Shown piece after piece: positions 41,957 to 56,990 of a stretch of 64,000 nt of DNA. Within the stretch, counting starts at the first letter, position 1. Each line of letters opens with the position of its first letter. The stretch is from Eledone cirrhosa. Lineage: Eukaryota. The position numbers and the translations under genes are program-made. The stretch covers positions 294,314,001 to 294,378,000 of the forward strand of contig OZ024741.1 of NCBI GenBank assembly GCA_964016885.1. Reading direction: 5' to 3'. The notes below the pieces were generated by a model. That model was not told where the DNA came from and searched no databases. It saw only the letters and a program-made list of their open reading frames with translations.

Positions 41957-44900
41957 AGATTGCATAATTAGTTAATCAATAAAGGAATAGCAACAAACAC
42001 AAACAGAGAATAGAGAAAATATTTGATTCGGCCATGTCCCGCGAAATAGGTGTTATTGTTGTTGTAGACCATCTCTGACTGACAAACTCGTCAATGCAAA
42101 GCATTGTGGGTTTGGGGGCTTATGCTTTGGCGACACTCATCCCGCTGTTATAGATATTGCTATGTCATTAATGAGAGCCACCCAGTCTACAGTCACAGAG
42201 GTTAGGGGCAATAAATCCTGTGTGAATATATCCTGGCCAAAACCAGCTAAGTGTGACGGTGGAGAAGAACATATTAAAGGATATATGTTCTATAGAGATC
42301 AAGAGGGTTATAAAAAGTTATAAAAATATAAGTAAATATAGATATGAATATATATTAATTATTGCCATGTTTCATTAAAACATTGATTAGGGGTAAGTAA
42401 TGTAGTTCACAATTTTATGTGTGTGTTTGCATTGTGAAAGAAATGACAAAGAGCATGAGGAAAGGCTTTGCATGGAGCCAATCCCACTCTCTGAACATGA
42501 AATGCATTTACATAAAAAGTAGAAGTGGCCTACATCATTGGATGCAAACAAAATCACAGTTCTTACATCAGAGTGACCTTCTCCTAGAGAGATATCTTAA
42601 TGATGACTGGGTGTCTCTCACTCTACTGCCTCCTACAAAAGAAAAGGAAAAAAAAAAACTTTAATAGATGGCCATTGACTCTCTTGAATTATTTCACCCT
42701 TTGATGGGTTTCGTTTTTCATCCCCAGGATGTTGAAGATCACCAAGCAAGCTTTTTGGCGTTGCCAGTTTAGTTGCCAACAACCCAACCATGCATAGGTT
42801 GTACTGGGTTACATGTTACCAGTAGCACTAAAGAGCGACCTGACATAAATATACATACACATATGCATACATACATCTGTATGTATTATGTCAGAAGCAA
42901 ATGAATGAACATACTTTAATTCTTTTACACATTTAGTGATTTCAGTTATTGAACTGTAGCGATGCTGGGGCACAGCCTTTAAGTGTCTCAGCAAATCACA
43001 TTAAGAACAGTACATATATTTCATTGATTTATATGTATTGAAAGGCTATGCTGGGCTTTTTAACAATAGACCAGTTTTAAACATGGATACAGATATATAT
43101 ATATATATATGTATATTTATATATATATACATACATATATGTCAACATTACCATCATTGTCGTTTTAACATCCACTTTCCTTTCCTTGCTAGCAAGGGTT
43201 GGAAGGATCCATATTGATCAAGTCAGTATTGAAGTGGAGTCACTAATCTCCCAGTCAGGCCAGGGACCTGAGCGCTTATGTACAGTCTTGTGTTTCATTG
43301 AGTGCTCAGAAGAGGGTGTCATTCCTTTGACACCAGTGAGGTTCCTCCCCACCCTTTGGTTGGCAATATTTCTATAGGTTAATGCCCTTCCTATCACCAA
43401 CCACTTTACAGTGCATACTGGGTGTGTTAGGGAGTCTGTCATGTCCATGATATGACTGCAGAGTCCTCCTGACCCTTGCTCGTTTGCTTGGCAAGCACTT
43501 ACTATCACCAACCACTTCATAGCGGGGTGCAGCTGCCAGGAATATGTGTGTGTGGAGAGGGAGTTGAAGTAGTGGAGTTGAGAATAACTGTTAGAGAGTT
43601 CTAGCGGAAGGAGGTCAGGAGGGAGTGGTAGTGTTAGTATGAGGTTCATGACATATGTAGCTTATTGTTATGAGTTCAAATTCTATTTGAATTGTATTTG
43701 CCTTTTCATTACGTGGCGGTTCCAAACCAATAAAGTAGCCTATATGTAGTGGCTCAATCTGCTAGACATAGCAACCAAGTCAATCTCAAATCATATCCTA
43801 CCAAACAAGCCAATAAGGGAGCCTGTAATGATTCTGTCTGCTAGAAATAGTTGCAAAATCACCCTCAAATGACTTCCTACCAAACATGAGCCAAAATGGT
43901 TACTTACATGTGGTTTCTCAATTTGCTTGAAACAGCAACCAAATTTCTATTTAATCACACCCTATCAACATAAAAAAAGGAGGTAAGCTCATATTGAATA
44001 ATACAACTCTAGATGTCTGAAAACAAAATTACGACAGGATGGTCATAGATGGAATGGCATTGATCATAGTTCTACGTAATTAGGGCTAAACAACAACAAC
44101 AACAACAGCAAAAAGGCTACAACATCGACTACCAGTGTCACTTACAAATTTCAAAGCTTTCGTTTGATATGCCAGAAGCAAATATTAACATAGATGTTTC
44201 CTTAGCAACAGAATAAAAATCCAGTTGCTAGGGAAATACTGTGGTACTGAGTGTATTGTGTGCTTAGACTGTATGCATATATATGTGTATATGTGGGATT
44301 CTACGTATGTATGTAGGTGTATGTGTGTGAGTGTATATATATATATATATACATACACACACACAGACGAGTGTGTTTGTGTGTGTGAATAGATTTATGT
44401 GTTAATTTATTGAGGTGGTGAAGTGTCACTAACAAAACTAACATTGATAAATATAATCACAGTTAACATCCACACATCTTACATACATGCACACACATAC
44501 ACATCTATAGATATACAATGTAGTATATATATATCGTTTACTTCTCTACATCTTTGTGCTTGTGTCTGCGTGATGATCCATGTAAGCACACTAGTATAAA
44601 TACTCACATACACACACACACACACACATTTATTTCAATTATTTATGTGGAAGAGAAGATAATAAGTATATGTGTGTGTGTATAAACAGAAATAGCAAAG
44701 CAAGCAGTATATTGAAGAAATATATTAATTTAACGCTTGAAATAGCAATATATATATATATCATCATCATCATCATCATCATCACTGTCTCCCTTCCATT
44801 TTTCCATGCTAGCATAGGTTAGACAAGTTATCCTGTTGTGGGAAATGCTAGGTCAGGTGACCATGTCTTGCTCATACAGAACTGATTTGGGCTTGATTTC

Positions 44901-46550
44901 TACAGCTGGATGCCCTTCCTATCACCAACCTCATTTAGTGTGAGTGTTGGGTGTTTTTTGTGATGTCACCTACACATCCGCTTTACAGTGTGGACTAGGT
45001 GCTTTTTGTCATGATAACTACATCAATACTCATCTTTTTCCCTTTTTTTAGAGGGTTCTAAACCCCACTATCAGGCTAAAATTTCTTTAGTCAATAAATA
45101 TGCCGAAAGCTTCTATTTCTACTAAATTCCAAACTTCACTCGCTGTTTCAACACAAACTTACTTATATACATATGTATATATATATATATATATGTTTAA
45201 GTAAGGTGAGTTCTGTCCTACAGCATGTCATCGTGGGGTTAACACTGTGATGGTCTGGGAGAGTCTTGTACTTTCAGTTGCTTAAAATTAATGAATCCAT
45301 GGATAAACTCCAGCCTTATGTGTCTCTTATCTTAAGTATGTGTCTCAGATTAAGTATGGTATGGTCCCATAACTCCTGATGGTGCTGCGGAGGTGTTGTA
45401 GTGGCATTTGGTGTTTCTTGGGCATTTTAAGCCTGTTGAAGCCTAACACTCACCAAGTAGGCATATAACATTTCTTGGGCATCTTAAACCTGATGGAGCC
45501 CAACCCTCTCCTCATAGTTTAAGTTTAAATTTTATTTAATGTTTTTTCTTCTATGTTGACATAAATATGATGGATCATCTGGTGGTGGTAGGGGGCAATG
45601 ATGATTATTCAGTTTATTTCAACAATAAAATTCTTACATGTGAAGTTCATGGGTAGTTAGCTGAGTATTCACCTTTCTAGGGCATTATCGGAGACAGGTG
45701 GGAAAGCAAGTTACTACATCTAGCTCAAAAGAGATGAATAGTGCACTTGACACATTGAAGTCGATGGAGGCATCTTGATGTTATAACAACAGACCCATCA
45801 AATTTCATGCTGTTCTGATGCATTGAGGTAGATGCAGGCACAACATCAGACTCACCAAAGATTGTGCTATTGTGCAGGAGTTTTGTCACCTACATTGGTC
45901 AGTGGCCCCGAGTAGCTCTGATGTCATGGTGGAAGGGACTGAAATACCTACAGAGTTACTTCACTGCCTGATGTAATTATGCTCACACACAGAAACACAC
46001 ACACATTTTGCATGTTGGACTGGTGTTATGATAAATGTAAAAAATTACATATTTTTTGTAAATATACTGAAACATTCACATACAGACACAAATTTATAAT
46101 GATGCATAGAAAGTGATATACATACATTTACAACTATATAAACAAATTATATATACATGTGTGTGCATATTTATTGTATATATATATATACATCTTTCAT
46201 TCAATTTGTATGTTAAATAAAAACATGTTGCATTCAGAAGACAGAGCTATTGATATCTGCTGCATGAAAGTAAACAAAAACAGTTTTCTGATTAACTTAC
46301 CATTTACATATTCATGTAGCATTATCACTTGTGTAGAAACATACGTAGAAATTAAAAAATAGATTTAAGTTATTAGCTTTGGTTTTTCTTCAGTTTAAAT
46401 ATTAGTACTGTCCTGAACAAGGACTTTAACTTTTGAAGAATATTTCGTCTGTTATGAATTCCGTATGCATTCAGGATTTTTAATGCACATTGAGGTTTGA
46501 TCACCTTACCAAAGGCAATAACGGAATACCCTATTATAATCTATTATATT

Positions 46551-46585
<35 letters not shown>

Positions 46586-46909
46586 ATATATATATGAAGG
46601 CGTGTGGCTGAGTAGTTAGAGAATATGATTTGCAATCGTGAGGTTGTGAGTTTGATTCCTGGACTGGGTGATACGTTATGTCCTTGAGCAAGACACTTTA
46701 TTTCATGTTGCTCCTTCTACCTGGAGTTGTGACCGATACATAGTATTAGCAATTGGAAAGACCAATGGAAACATTGTTTCTTCAGTCCAATGTGACAAAA
46801 GTCGTTCAACTATATATATATTTGGCTGACTGATATGCTCTTTTTATAAAAAATTTGTTTGCGTTACTTACTCTTTTCACTCTCTATCTTTCTATTTCAT
46901 CTTTTATTT

Positions 46910-49320
46910 CAAAACCACTACCACCACCCAAACCACTATCACCATCAACACTACCATCACCCAAACCACTACCACCACCAATGCTACCATCACCAACACC
47001 ACTACCATCACCAACACTACCATCACCAAAACCACTACCACCACCAAAACCACTACCACCACCACCACTACCATCACCAAAACCACTACCATCACCAACA
47101 CTACCATCACCAAAACCACTACCACCACCAAAACCACTACCACCACTACCACCACCAACACTACCATCACCAAAACCACTACCACCACCAACACTACTAC
47201 CACCACTAGCACTACCACCACCAACACCAATATTACCAATACTAGCACCACCAACACTACTACCACCACCAGCACTACCACCACCAGCACTACCACCACC
47301 AAAACCACTACCACCACCAACACTACCACCACCAAAACCACTACAGCCACCAACACTACCATCACCAACACCACTATCACCACCAACACTATTACCAACA
47401 CCACTATCATCACTAACGGTTCCACCACCAATACCACTATCACCACCACCACCACCACCACCATCACCACTACCACCACCACCACCACCACCACCACCAC
47501 CACCACCACCACCACCACCACTTATGCTCTGACTTGAATTAATTTTAAGAATAACAACTGGTTTGAATGAAAATAAGGATTTTCTGGAAAAATACTCAAT
47601 ATTTCCAGATAAGGAGGGGTAGTAAAGGGATGAAGGGTTGTAGTTGGTGGTGGGGTTGTTGGTGTTTGTAGTGGTGGTGTATTTGATGTTGGTGTTGGTA
47701 TATTTAGTGTTGGTGCTGGTACTGGAGTTGTTATTGATGGTGCTGGTGCTGGTGCTGGTGGCAGTGTTGGCGTTGTTGTGACTGTTATTTTTGTTGTTGT
47801 TGTTGTTGTTGTTATTATTATTGTTGTTATTACTGTTATTGGTGATGGTGCTGGTGGTGTTGATTGTAGTGTGTTGTTATGTTGTTGTTATGGTTGTTAT
47901 TTTTGTTGTTGTTGTTGTTATTGTTATTGTTGTTATTACTGTTATTGGTGATGGTGCTGGTGGTGTTGATTGTAGTGTGTTGTTATGTTGTTGTTATGGT
48001 TGTTATTTTTGTTGTTGTTGTTGTTATTGTTATTGTTGTTATTACTGTTATTGGTGATGGTGCTGGTGGTGTTGATTGTAGTGTGTTGTTATGTTGTTGT
48101 TATGGTTGTTATTTTTGTTGTTGTTGTTATTTTTGTTGTTGTTATTATTATTGTTGTTATTACTGTTATTGGTGATGGTGCTGGGGGTGTTGATTGTAGT
48201 GTGTTGTTATGTTGTTGTTATGGTTGTTATTTTTGTTGTTATTGTTGTTGGTGGTGGTGGGGGTGCTGGGGTGGTGATTGTGGTGTGTTGTTATGTTGGT
48301 GGGGGTGCTGGTAATGGTGATAATACTGGAGGTGTTGATAGTTGTAAAATGTAATGAAAAGTGATGTAACATCAAGTTAAAGAAGGTGGAGGAAGAGAAG
48401 GGAAGACTAAAGGGGAGGATGTGTGAGTGTATGTGCAAGTGTATGTGTGAGTATTATATGTGCATGTATGTGTATGAGTGTATGTGTGACTGTGCGACTG
48501 TGTGTGTGAGTGTGAGACTGTGTGAGTGTATGTGTGGGTGTGGGTGTATGTGTGAGTGAGTGTATGTCTGAGTGAGTAAGAGTGTATTTGTAAGTGTGAG
48601 TGTATGTGTGTATGAATGTGAGTATATGTTAATGAGTGTGGGTGTATGAGTGTGAGTGTGTTTTTTTACTCAATTGAATGTTTCCTGTCGTAGGTGGGAG
48701 CATAGGAATAAAGGGGATCAAGAATGTTGAGGAAAAGAAATAAAATTACCTAAACTGAGGTTTCACTGAAGATGGAGTGGTGTAATGGTGGTGGTAGTTA
48801 GGGTGTGTGTGAAGGGAGGCGGGGGTATAATTCAGGGGTGGTGTGGGGTGTGGGGGGTAGCGGTGGGGTGAAGGTAGAGGGTGGTTTGATGATGATGGCA
48901 GGTAGGGCATAGTGATGGTGGTGAGTAGGGTGGTGTGATGATGGTGGTAGGTAGGGGGTGGTGTTATTATGGTGGTAGGTAGGGTGTGGTGATGGTAGTA
49001 GGTAGGGGTTGTGATGGTGGTGAGTAGGGTGGTGTGATGATGGTGGTAGGTAGGGGGTGGTGTTATGATGGTGGTAGGTAGGGTGTGGTGATGGTAGTAG
49101 GTAGGGGTTGTGATGGTGGTGAGTAGGGTGGTGTGATGATGGTGGTAGGTAGGGTGTGGTGATGGTGACGGGTAGGAGCGTTGATGATGGTGGTAGGTAG
49201 GGGTGATGATGGTGGTAGGTAGGGGTGGTGATGGTGACGGGTAGGGTGGTGGGATAATGGTGGTAGGAAGGGATGGTGTGACTGTGGTAGGTAAGGGTGG
49301 TGGTAGGTAGAGGTGAGACA
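46910..49320. repeat. Triplet-derived minisatellites (CCA-rich tract, ~106-bp GTT/GGT unit x4, ~120-bp GGT unit)
   Basis: Near-identical ORF starts at 47879, 47985 and 48091 give a 106-bp period; pure low complexity. Confidence 0.9.
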
Positions 49321-52300
49321 GTGTGAGGAACATCAGTGTCTTGTACATTGATTGATGACCCCGCCCCACTTACATCCTAACCATTCACACACATACAGGC
49401 AAATTAATTTAACAATGTTGGTGTAACAGTCATCAATACCACCCACAATTATCACAATACACCACCGCCATCAACACCTCCACCACCACCATCATGACCA
49501 TCATTACCATTATCATCACCACCACCACCACTACCACCATTAATCTTTCCACTCAACTACACACCAATATTATCAACACCTCCACCACAATCACCATTAT
49601 TACCATCACCACCACCACCAACAATACCATTATCACCATCAACCCCACCACCATTATGATCATCATCACCACCACCACCATCACCATTAATCTTTCCACT
49701 CAACTACACACCACTACTACCCACAGCAATCTATCCTTGTAATCCTAATACCCACCACCACCACCACCATTACCAATACTAACAAACACCATCACCACCC
49801 AACCCAACAACCACCCTAACTTCTATGCTATCATTCTATACTTCATTAATAATTTATATGATGCAATTAACCCATAAGAATTAAACAAACTGTTTTAGCA
49901 TATGTTCTTAGTTTTACTTATTCCACCGCACCCTGATGGGTGGTGGTGGTGCTGTTTTGTATTGCACCATGTACCCTTAATTGACTCAGTAAGCTCTACT
50001 CTTTCATCTTCCTACGTCCAACAAGACAGCTATTGTTCTAGATTAATGTATAATCCTCCTGATCATCATCATCAATCAGCATCTGTTTTTCCTGCTAATA
50101 AGAGTTGCATGTTTGTTTATTAAATATAATATATCAGAGATTGATGAACTGCTCAGGGTCAATGGTCATCTATCACAACTATGGGTTAAATAGGCGCACC
50201 ATCCCACAATTGGCCAAGTGTAGTGAGTACAGCTACACCCCTGACATGACCTAAACCAAACAGAAAATAGTGGAGATAAACCAGGGATGAGCTTCTCCAG
50301 TAGGAGTGAGAAGGCTTTAGATTGGATTTGACACCAATGGAATTGTGTCAAAGACCTGATGACATAGAACAGGATTTGAACTATAAATGCACATAGATGG
50401 AACTGCTGCTATAAGGCATCTTGGTCGAATCTTTAACAATTCCATTAATCCACCAATCAGACTAAAAAGTTTAAAGTCTGTCTTGACCCTGGAGGCTCAT
50501 CAAGATGGTGCTTATCTCAGTTTCTCTGGTGTGAAGCAACTGACAGTACAAAAAGATCTCCTTTCATGAACAGGATACCAGTTCATCACAGGATTAAAAC
50601 ACCAGCTATAGCTGGTACTCATTTTCGGTTGAGTATACTGGAGCAATTTGAAATGAAGCGCTTTGCTCAAGAACACGACACACAACCCAGTACTGGAATG
50701 AAACTCATGACATTATAATCATGAGTCCAACACCCTTGGACTGGCATTGTATTTATTGCCCCTGAACGAATAAAAGACAAAGTTGAACTCAGAGTTCATA
50801 GAGCCAAAACAAATACCTATGTATTTAATCCAATGCTCTAACAATTCTGCCAATTTACCATCCTACCATTAATCATAAATGTAAAGTGAATATAAGATTT
50901 GCATGTGTGTGTGTGTGTGTGTGTCTGTGTGTGTATGTGTGTGTATGTCTGTGTGTGTGTGTGTGTGTCTGAGTCCACTAAATAAGTTGCATGTTGGCTT
51001 TTCATATATTTTTCTGGAAAAAGGAATTACTAATACATGAGTATATATGGTTTTTGAATTTATATGGATGTGTGTGTGGTGAGGTGTATACTTGTATATT
51101 ATGTACTAGTCTAGGGGATTTTAGTGTGTTGCTAGACCCAGGGTTATTTACTCGAGTAAATGTCACCGGAATCTAACTACTAAATTTTATAAAGAAAAGG
51201 ATGAGATATTTTACATAACACTATGTCGAATGAGAGTTAATAGTCGCTACAGGATCAATAAAATACAGTACCAGTTACATACTAGGCTCAATAAAATAAA
51301 GCACTAGTCAAATACTGAGATTCATCTATATTTCTATAATGCATTCTAGATGTAAATGTAGTGTACATATCCAAATATAAGCTGACACCCTATTTTATGT
51401 TTGAGAAATAGACAGAAATCCAAACCCCCTGTATAAGGTGAAGCAGGAATCAACACAATATGTTTAGATGGTGCAGTTTTGAAATTCTCATAAGTGGAGA
51501 ATATATTTATGAAGTTTTAATATTTTGATACTCAAAATGTTGTAAGTGTCGTTTAGAGTATAGTTTTTGTTTCACAACTCCATTTTGATGATTATTTTCA
51601 CCAATTTCCAACATTTTTGAAGGTCATATTTATACCAAACATATCAAAAACAATAGGAAATACAAATTTCATGCCAAAAACAAAACCAGTATAATATTCA
51701 CCTCCAACGTAAAACAGGTGTAATATTCACTTCCAAAGTCCCACCCTTGCAAGCAGGGAAAAGCGGACGTAAAATGATGATGATGATGAAAGTGAAACAG
51801 GTGTAATATTCAATTCCAATATTTTAGCACTTAGTTTATGAAAATTGATGAAAACCTCGAATATAAGTCAATCCCCATTTTACCATCAATTTTTTTGTCA
51901 CATATTTCTCGGCTTATATATGAGTATATATAGTAATTATTTTTTTTTTTTTTAATCCTCATTAAGGAAATATTAAAAGCTAAAATCTTGACTCTAATAC
52001 AGTAGGATCTGAACTTAGAAAGTAAATACTTCAGAACTAAATAGTGCAAGTCACTTCACTGAATTTTCATACATAATAAAGTTGAGGTGTTCTCAAGGTG
52101 AATCAATACACAGCTATTGAACTGACATTACAACAATGACAGAAATATTTGTCAGAGAACAACCCCAGAAGGTGTATAATTGTCTTTTAGACTGGTTAGA
52201 GTTTGGTCAAGCATTAGTAATATATTGAATTATTTATATAGATTTAATAATGACAATACACTATTCTGCTGCCTTCTGAAATAATTCTATGCACAGTTTT

Positions 52301-52581
52301 GTAGACTTTTAACAGGTATATGACCTCAATTACCTATATATATATTATGCTTTTACACCAAATTTGTTTATGTGAATATGTGTGTGTTTCTGTTTATGTG
52401 TGTGAGTCTGTGTGCTATATATATATATACCTATGTAGATAAATATTTAGAGATATTCATTTGTTAACACACACACACACAAATATATGTCTTCTATGAT
52501 GATATCTATACTCAACTTTTCTTGGGTTTGGAGTACCAAGTTGAATAATTGTTTTACTAGTTTAACTAGTAGCATCTTACC

Positions 52582-52671
<90 letters not shown>

Positions 52672-52712
52672 TTCAAAATATTAACAAAATAGATATTCTT
52701 GTGATCAATTAT

Positions 52713-52777
52713 ATTTTATTATACATATTTCAGAGGTACTGAATTAAGTTCAACAGTACGTCCTCATCAGATAAAAT
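52713..52777 (-). ncRNA. Type I hammerhead motif (AUA triplet) in a short TA-flanked element (52660-52890)
   Basis: Minus strand ATTTTAT-CTGATGA-GGACGTACTG...CAGTACCTCT-GAAA-TATGTA-TA-ATAAAAT; fold-back relative at 35995-36250. Confidence 0.78.
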
Positions 52778-52920
52778 TAAATGATACATGACATACCCTG
52801 ACGTGGTAGATGGTTAAGCTGTAGAGTGCTTCCAATCTATTGTAAAACTCATTCTTTGATGTATTCATTGAATCTTGTTTAACTCTTAAATATATATATA
52901 TATATATATATTATATACCA

Positions 52921-53056
52921 AAGTAGTTCCACAAGTTAGTTCACCATACCAAGAACAAATGTTTCACCTTATACGGATCCTCAGCTCGGTCTGAGGATCC
53001 ACATAAGGTGAAACAGTTGTTCTCAGTATGGTGAACTAACTGTTGTGGAACTACTT
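52921..53056. mobile_element. Fold-back unit with two divergent hammerhead cores
   Basis: Minus: CCGAG-CTGAGGA-TCCGTATAAGGT-GAAAC-ATTT-GTT-CTTGG; plus: CTGAGGA-TCCACATAAGGT-GAAAC-AGTT-GTT. Confidence 0.6.
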
Positions 53057-55598
53057 CTACCAAACTCGTCCCATTGACTGAGTCCTCTACTACTAGAGAT
53101 ATAACCCTAGAGTAAGGTGGGTGTGTATGAGACACAATAAAAAGGCTCCCAGTTCATACTGTAAAGGTGGTTGGTGTTAGGAAGGGCATCCAGCCATAGA
53201 AAACCTGCCAGAGATACTTCCGTACAAGCGATACATGGTCTTCCGACCACTCCTGCTTCAAATGGAACAAAACCATCCACCCCATGCTAGTGTGGAAGAT
53301 AGATGTTAAACAATGATGATGATATATATATACATATTTACATCTTTACCACTAGGCTACGTGCTTCAACTAGAATCAACTCCAACCAAACCAAACAATC
53401 ACCCATTAGTTTCATCCCAAACCATATCGTGTTTAATGAAATGCACACAGAAAATCAGTTACATAAGACAGACAACTGCATCTCTACGTCATCGACCACC
53501 TTTGTTGTTTGTTGGTAGTTGTCATAAAACATGTCCACAATCCATTCTTCTTTTTATTGAGCTTGCCAGTGTATGAAGCATATTTAATTGGTGAATCAAC
53601 AAATTTATGGAGGTTGTTATACTTTGGTCGTAGTCATTTTCTGATGACTGATCTGGTTTGATGGAGAGAAATACATTTAGATACCTTTTAGAATGTCTCA
53701 GGGGAAACTGTGGTTACATTTTCTAATCCTTTGTAAGACAGTTGTACAATTGATAGTCTTTAGATTAAATGTTCTATACTATTAGTTGTGGCTCTCTCCA
53801 CTCTGTGTTCAAATCTTGTTCAGGTCAGCTTTTCTTTTCATTCTTTTGGGTAGATAAATAAAGTAGATGGTGGATTGGTGGAATCAGTAGATTATTGGAC
53901 ATAATGCCTTGCAGTTTCTCTTTTGACCCTCTGCATGCTGAGCTTGCTTGTTTGTGACATCACTAGTGCCAAGGTATATTGGCATTTGCCTTTCCCTTGA
54001 ACAATAACTGTGGCAGGAAGAGAGAAGCCTTACATGCATGGATTACTGCTGGCTTCCACAGACTCTTTTACCCATGGCTACACCTTAGTGAGAGACTTTC
54101 TGGGTGCAAATCTATGACCTTACAAGGTATATGAAGACCACCCGATCTGTACAACTGCAAACATTTAAATGCTGTTTCTGCACATTTCCTGTGTCCATAT
54201 TTGTATCTATGCTGTGTTCATTCATGTCATGTAACAGTAACCTATCAGGTCAAAACTAGTAGTGGGTGTGATCCGACTGAAACACTTGAAGATGGTGCCC
54301 CAGCATGGGTGTAAAAGAATATAGAATACATTATCATCATCACCATTGTCATTGTCATTACATCTACTTTTCCATGTTGCCATGAGTTTCATGAAATTAT
54401 TATAGGTAGTAGTCAATGACTGGGTAACCTTCCTGATGCAGACCAAAATATTAAAGCAAGATACTTATTCTACTGATCTTCATTCATTGAACCACTAAGA
54501 TATAAACATGTGCACACACACATACACGACAGGCATCTACCAGTTCCTTTTTCTTTTTCTTCATCCACGTATTCCTAGGAGGATTGTAGAAGCAGAATCT
54601 TCAATTAATCCTTCCAGAAGCAGCTGTCTTCAATTGATCTAGCTGGCTGAATCCCCAAGCGAGATCAGCCAAGCTCATGGAATGTTATCCAACTATCCTG
54701 CTCAGGATCTACCCTTGGGTCTCCTGCAAGTTGGTTTTGCCCATAAGATCTGTCCAGCAATTCTTTCCCTGGACATTCTAACCAAATGCCTATCATATTG
54801 TAGCTGTGTTCTCTCAATTTTTGAGGAAGTAGCAGCTCTACCTGTAATGACTGTCTGTTCTCCTAGCTATGCACTCTATCAAGTAATCTTACTCCAAAGA
54901 CCCCATTTCATTCACACAGTATTGGTCAGACCAAGTGTTCAAACTTATCCAAGATGCCAGACACTGGTAAAGAACCTAAAAACACATGGTTGTGAAGTCA
55001 ATGTCTTAACCATACAGTCATGTCTGTGACTATCACAGACAAGTCTGTGTCTGCACCTAAAAAAATATAGAAAATTTCAAATGTGTGTGGTTCAAGGATT
55101 AAGTAAAGATAAATAAAAAGTGTTGGTTAAGCTAGATTGATATTAACTACATACAAACACATATAATGGCTGCCCCCTCGTTATCGAGTATGGCCATTGC
55201 ACGATATACCATTATTAATAACTATCAATTAATTCTATTGTGCAATGCCTGTGCGTGAAGGTATTTTTTAAAGTGAGGAAAGACTGTGCACTGAGCCAAT
55301 CCCACTCTCTGAGCGACAGTAGCTATAACCCGAAAAGAAGAAACGATCAACATCATCGGTAACTACTGAGCCCCAGATTTTATATCGGAGTTATCCCAGT
55401 TTCCTGAGTTGCCTTCTCCTAGAAGAATGCCCTGACAAAGGCTATGGGTCCTAGAGATACTGTGTTGAATAGGACCCGTCCAACCCTTGCAAGCAGAGCA
55501 AAGCGGACGTAAAATGATGATGGTGCTATATATATATACAACCTATGCTAGCGTGGAAGATGGACATTAAACGATGATGATGATAATGATGATGATGA

Positions 55599-55671
<73 letters not shown>

Positions 55672-55716
55672 CTGTGTGTGTATATGTATGTGTATGTATA
55701 TATGTATGTGAGTGTT

Positions 55717-55770
<54 letters not shown>

Positions 55771-56410
55771 TATATATACACACACACATACATATATGCT
55801 GCATATATATAGTTTAATGCCGCTTTTATCATTCATCAATTAATCTGTATCAATATGGAAGGCGAAGAGAGATGATTAAGAAATTCCTTTCCTCCCACAG
55901 ATATCGACTATAAACAACAACATGTTTTATTGTTATAGTTGTTTGTGGTTATTGTTGTTTTAGTTGTATGGTCTTTGCAGGCAACAGAGACATACTGCTT
56001 GACTAGTTTGAAATATCAAGTATTTATAGAATCACTTGAGTCATGTTGTGATGAGGGCAGTGTGTCGTGAGTATGTGATAGAGTTATGAGTGTGTAGTAG
56101 AGGTGGGGGTGTAAAGATGTGTCAGTGATAACTTTTCTTTATTTTTTATTTTAAAAATCTAATTCTGTTTTATCTTTCTGTAAATCTTGATTAAATTTCA
56201 AGGATTATTATTATTATTATAGTTCATTTTTGTAAATCTCACACACTTAGATGTTAAATGATCTGGATATTTCAGTAAGGGAGTAGTCAACAAGTTGACA
56301 AAAGTCCCTCACTACATTCTTGTGCCTTACATAAAACTTTCCTTAAAGAAGTGCTGACTTTGGCATTACCTATAACCTTGCATTCTATTTCATTATTATT
56401 ATTATTATGA

Positions 56411-56990
56411 TGGTGGGTTGGCAATATCAGTAGCGCGTTGGACACCAAGCTTTGCAGCATAGAGCTATGGCCCTTTACGGCCTGAGTTCAAATCCCGCTG
56501 AGGTTAACTTTGCCTTCCTCCTTATAGGGTCGATAAAATAAAGCACCAGTAATGGACTGGGATAATTGCTGGCCTTGTACCAAAAGTAGAAACAATTATT
56601 ATTATTAGGGTGATTGGCAGTATCAGTAGAAGGTCGGATGCCATGCTTTCCAGCATAGTTACGTCCCTTTACGGTCTGAGTTCAAATCCCGCCAAGGTTA
56701 ACTTTGCCTTTCATCCTCACGGAGTCAATAAAATAAAGTACCAGTAATGTACTGGGAAATTGCTGGCCTTGTGCCAAAAGTAGAAACAATTATTAAGGTG
56801 ATGGACTGGCAGTATCAGTAGGGCAGCAGACAACATACTTTGCAGTATAGTTATGGGCCCTTACGTTCTGGGTTCAAATCCCACCAAGGTTAGCTTTGCC
56901 TTTCATCCTAAAAAGGTTGATAAAATAAATACCAAACACCACGCACTGAGGTCAATTTAATCAACTTTCCTCTGCCGCCAAAATTATTAT
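56411..56990 (+). mobile_element. Tandem trimer of family B SINE
   Basis: Three head-to-tail ~190-bp copies separated by (ATT)n. Confidence 0.85.

Noticed and set aside
45855-45948. Minus-strand AG...GTGAGT candidate exon
   Set aside because: Stop codons in all three frames; looks like decayed repeat
46855-47532. Extensin-like Pro-rich ORF with hydrophobic N-terminus
   Set aside because: Non-ATG start, several frames open, pure CCA-derived repeat
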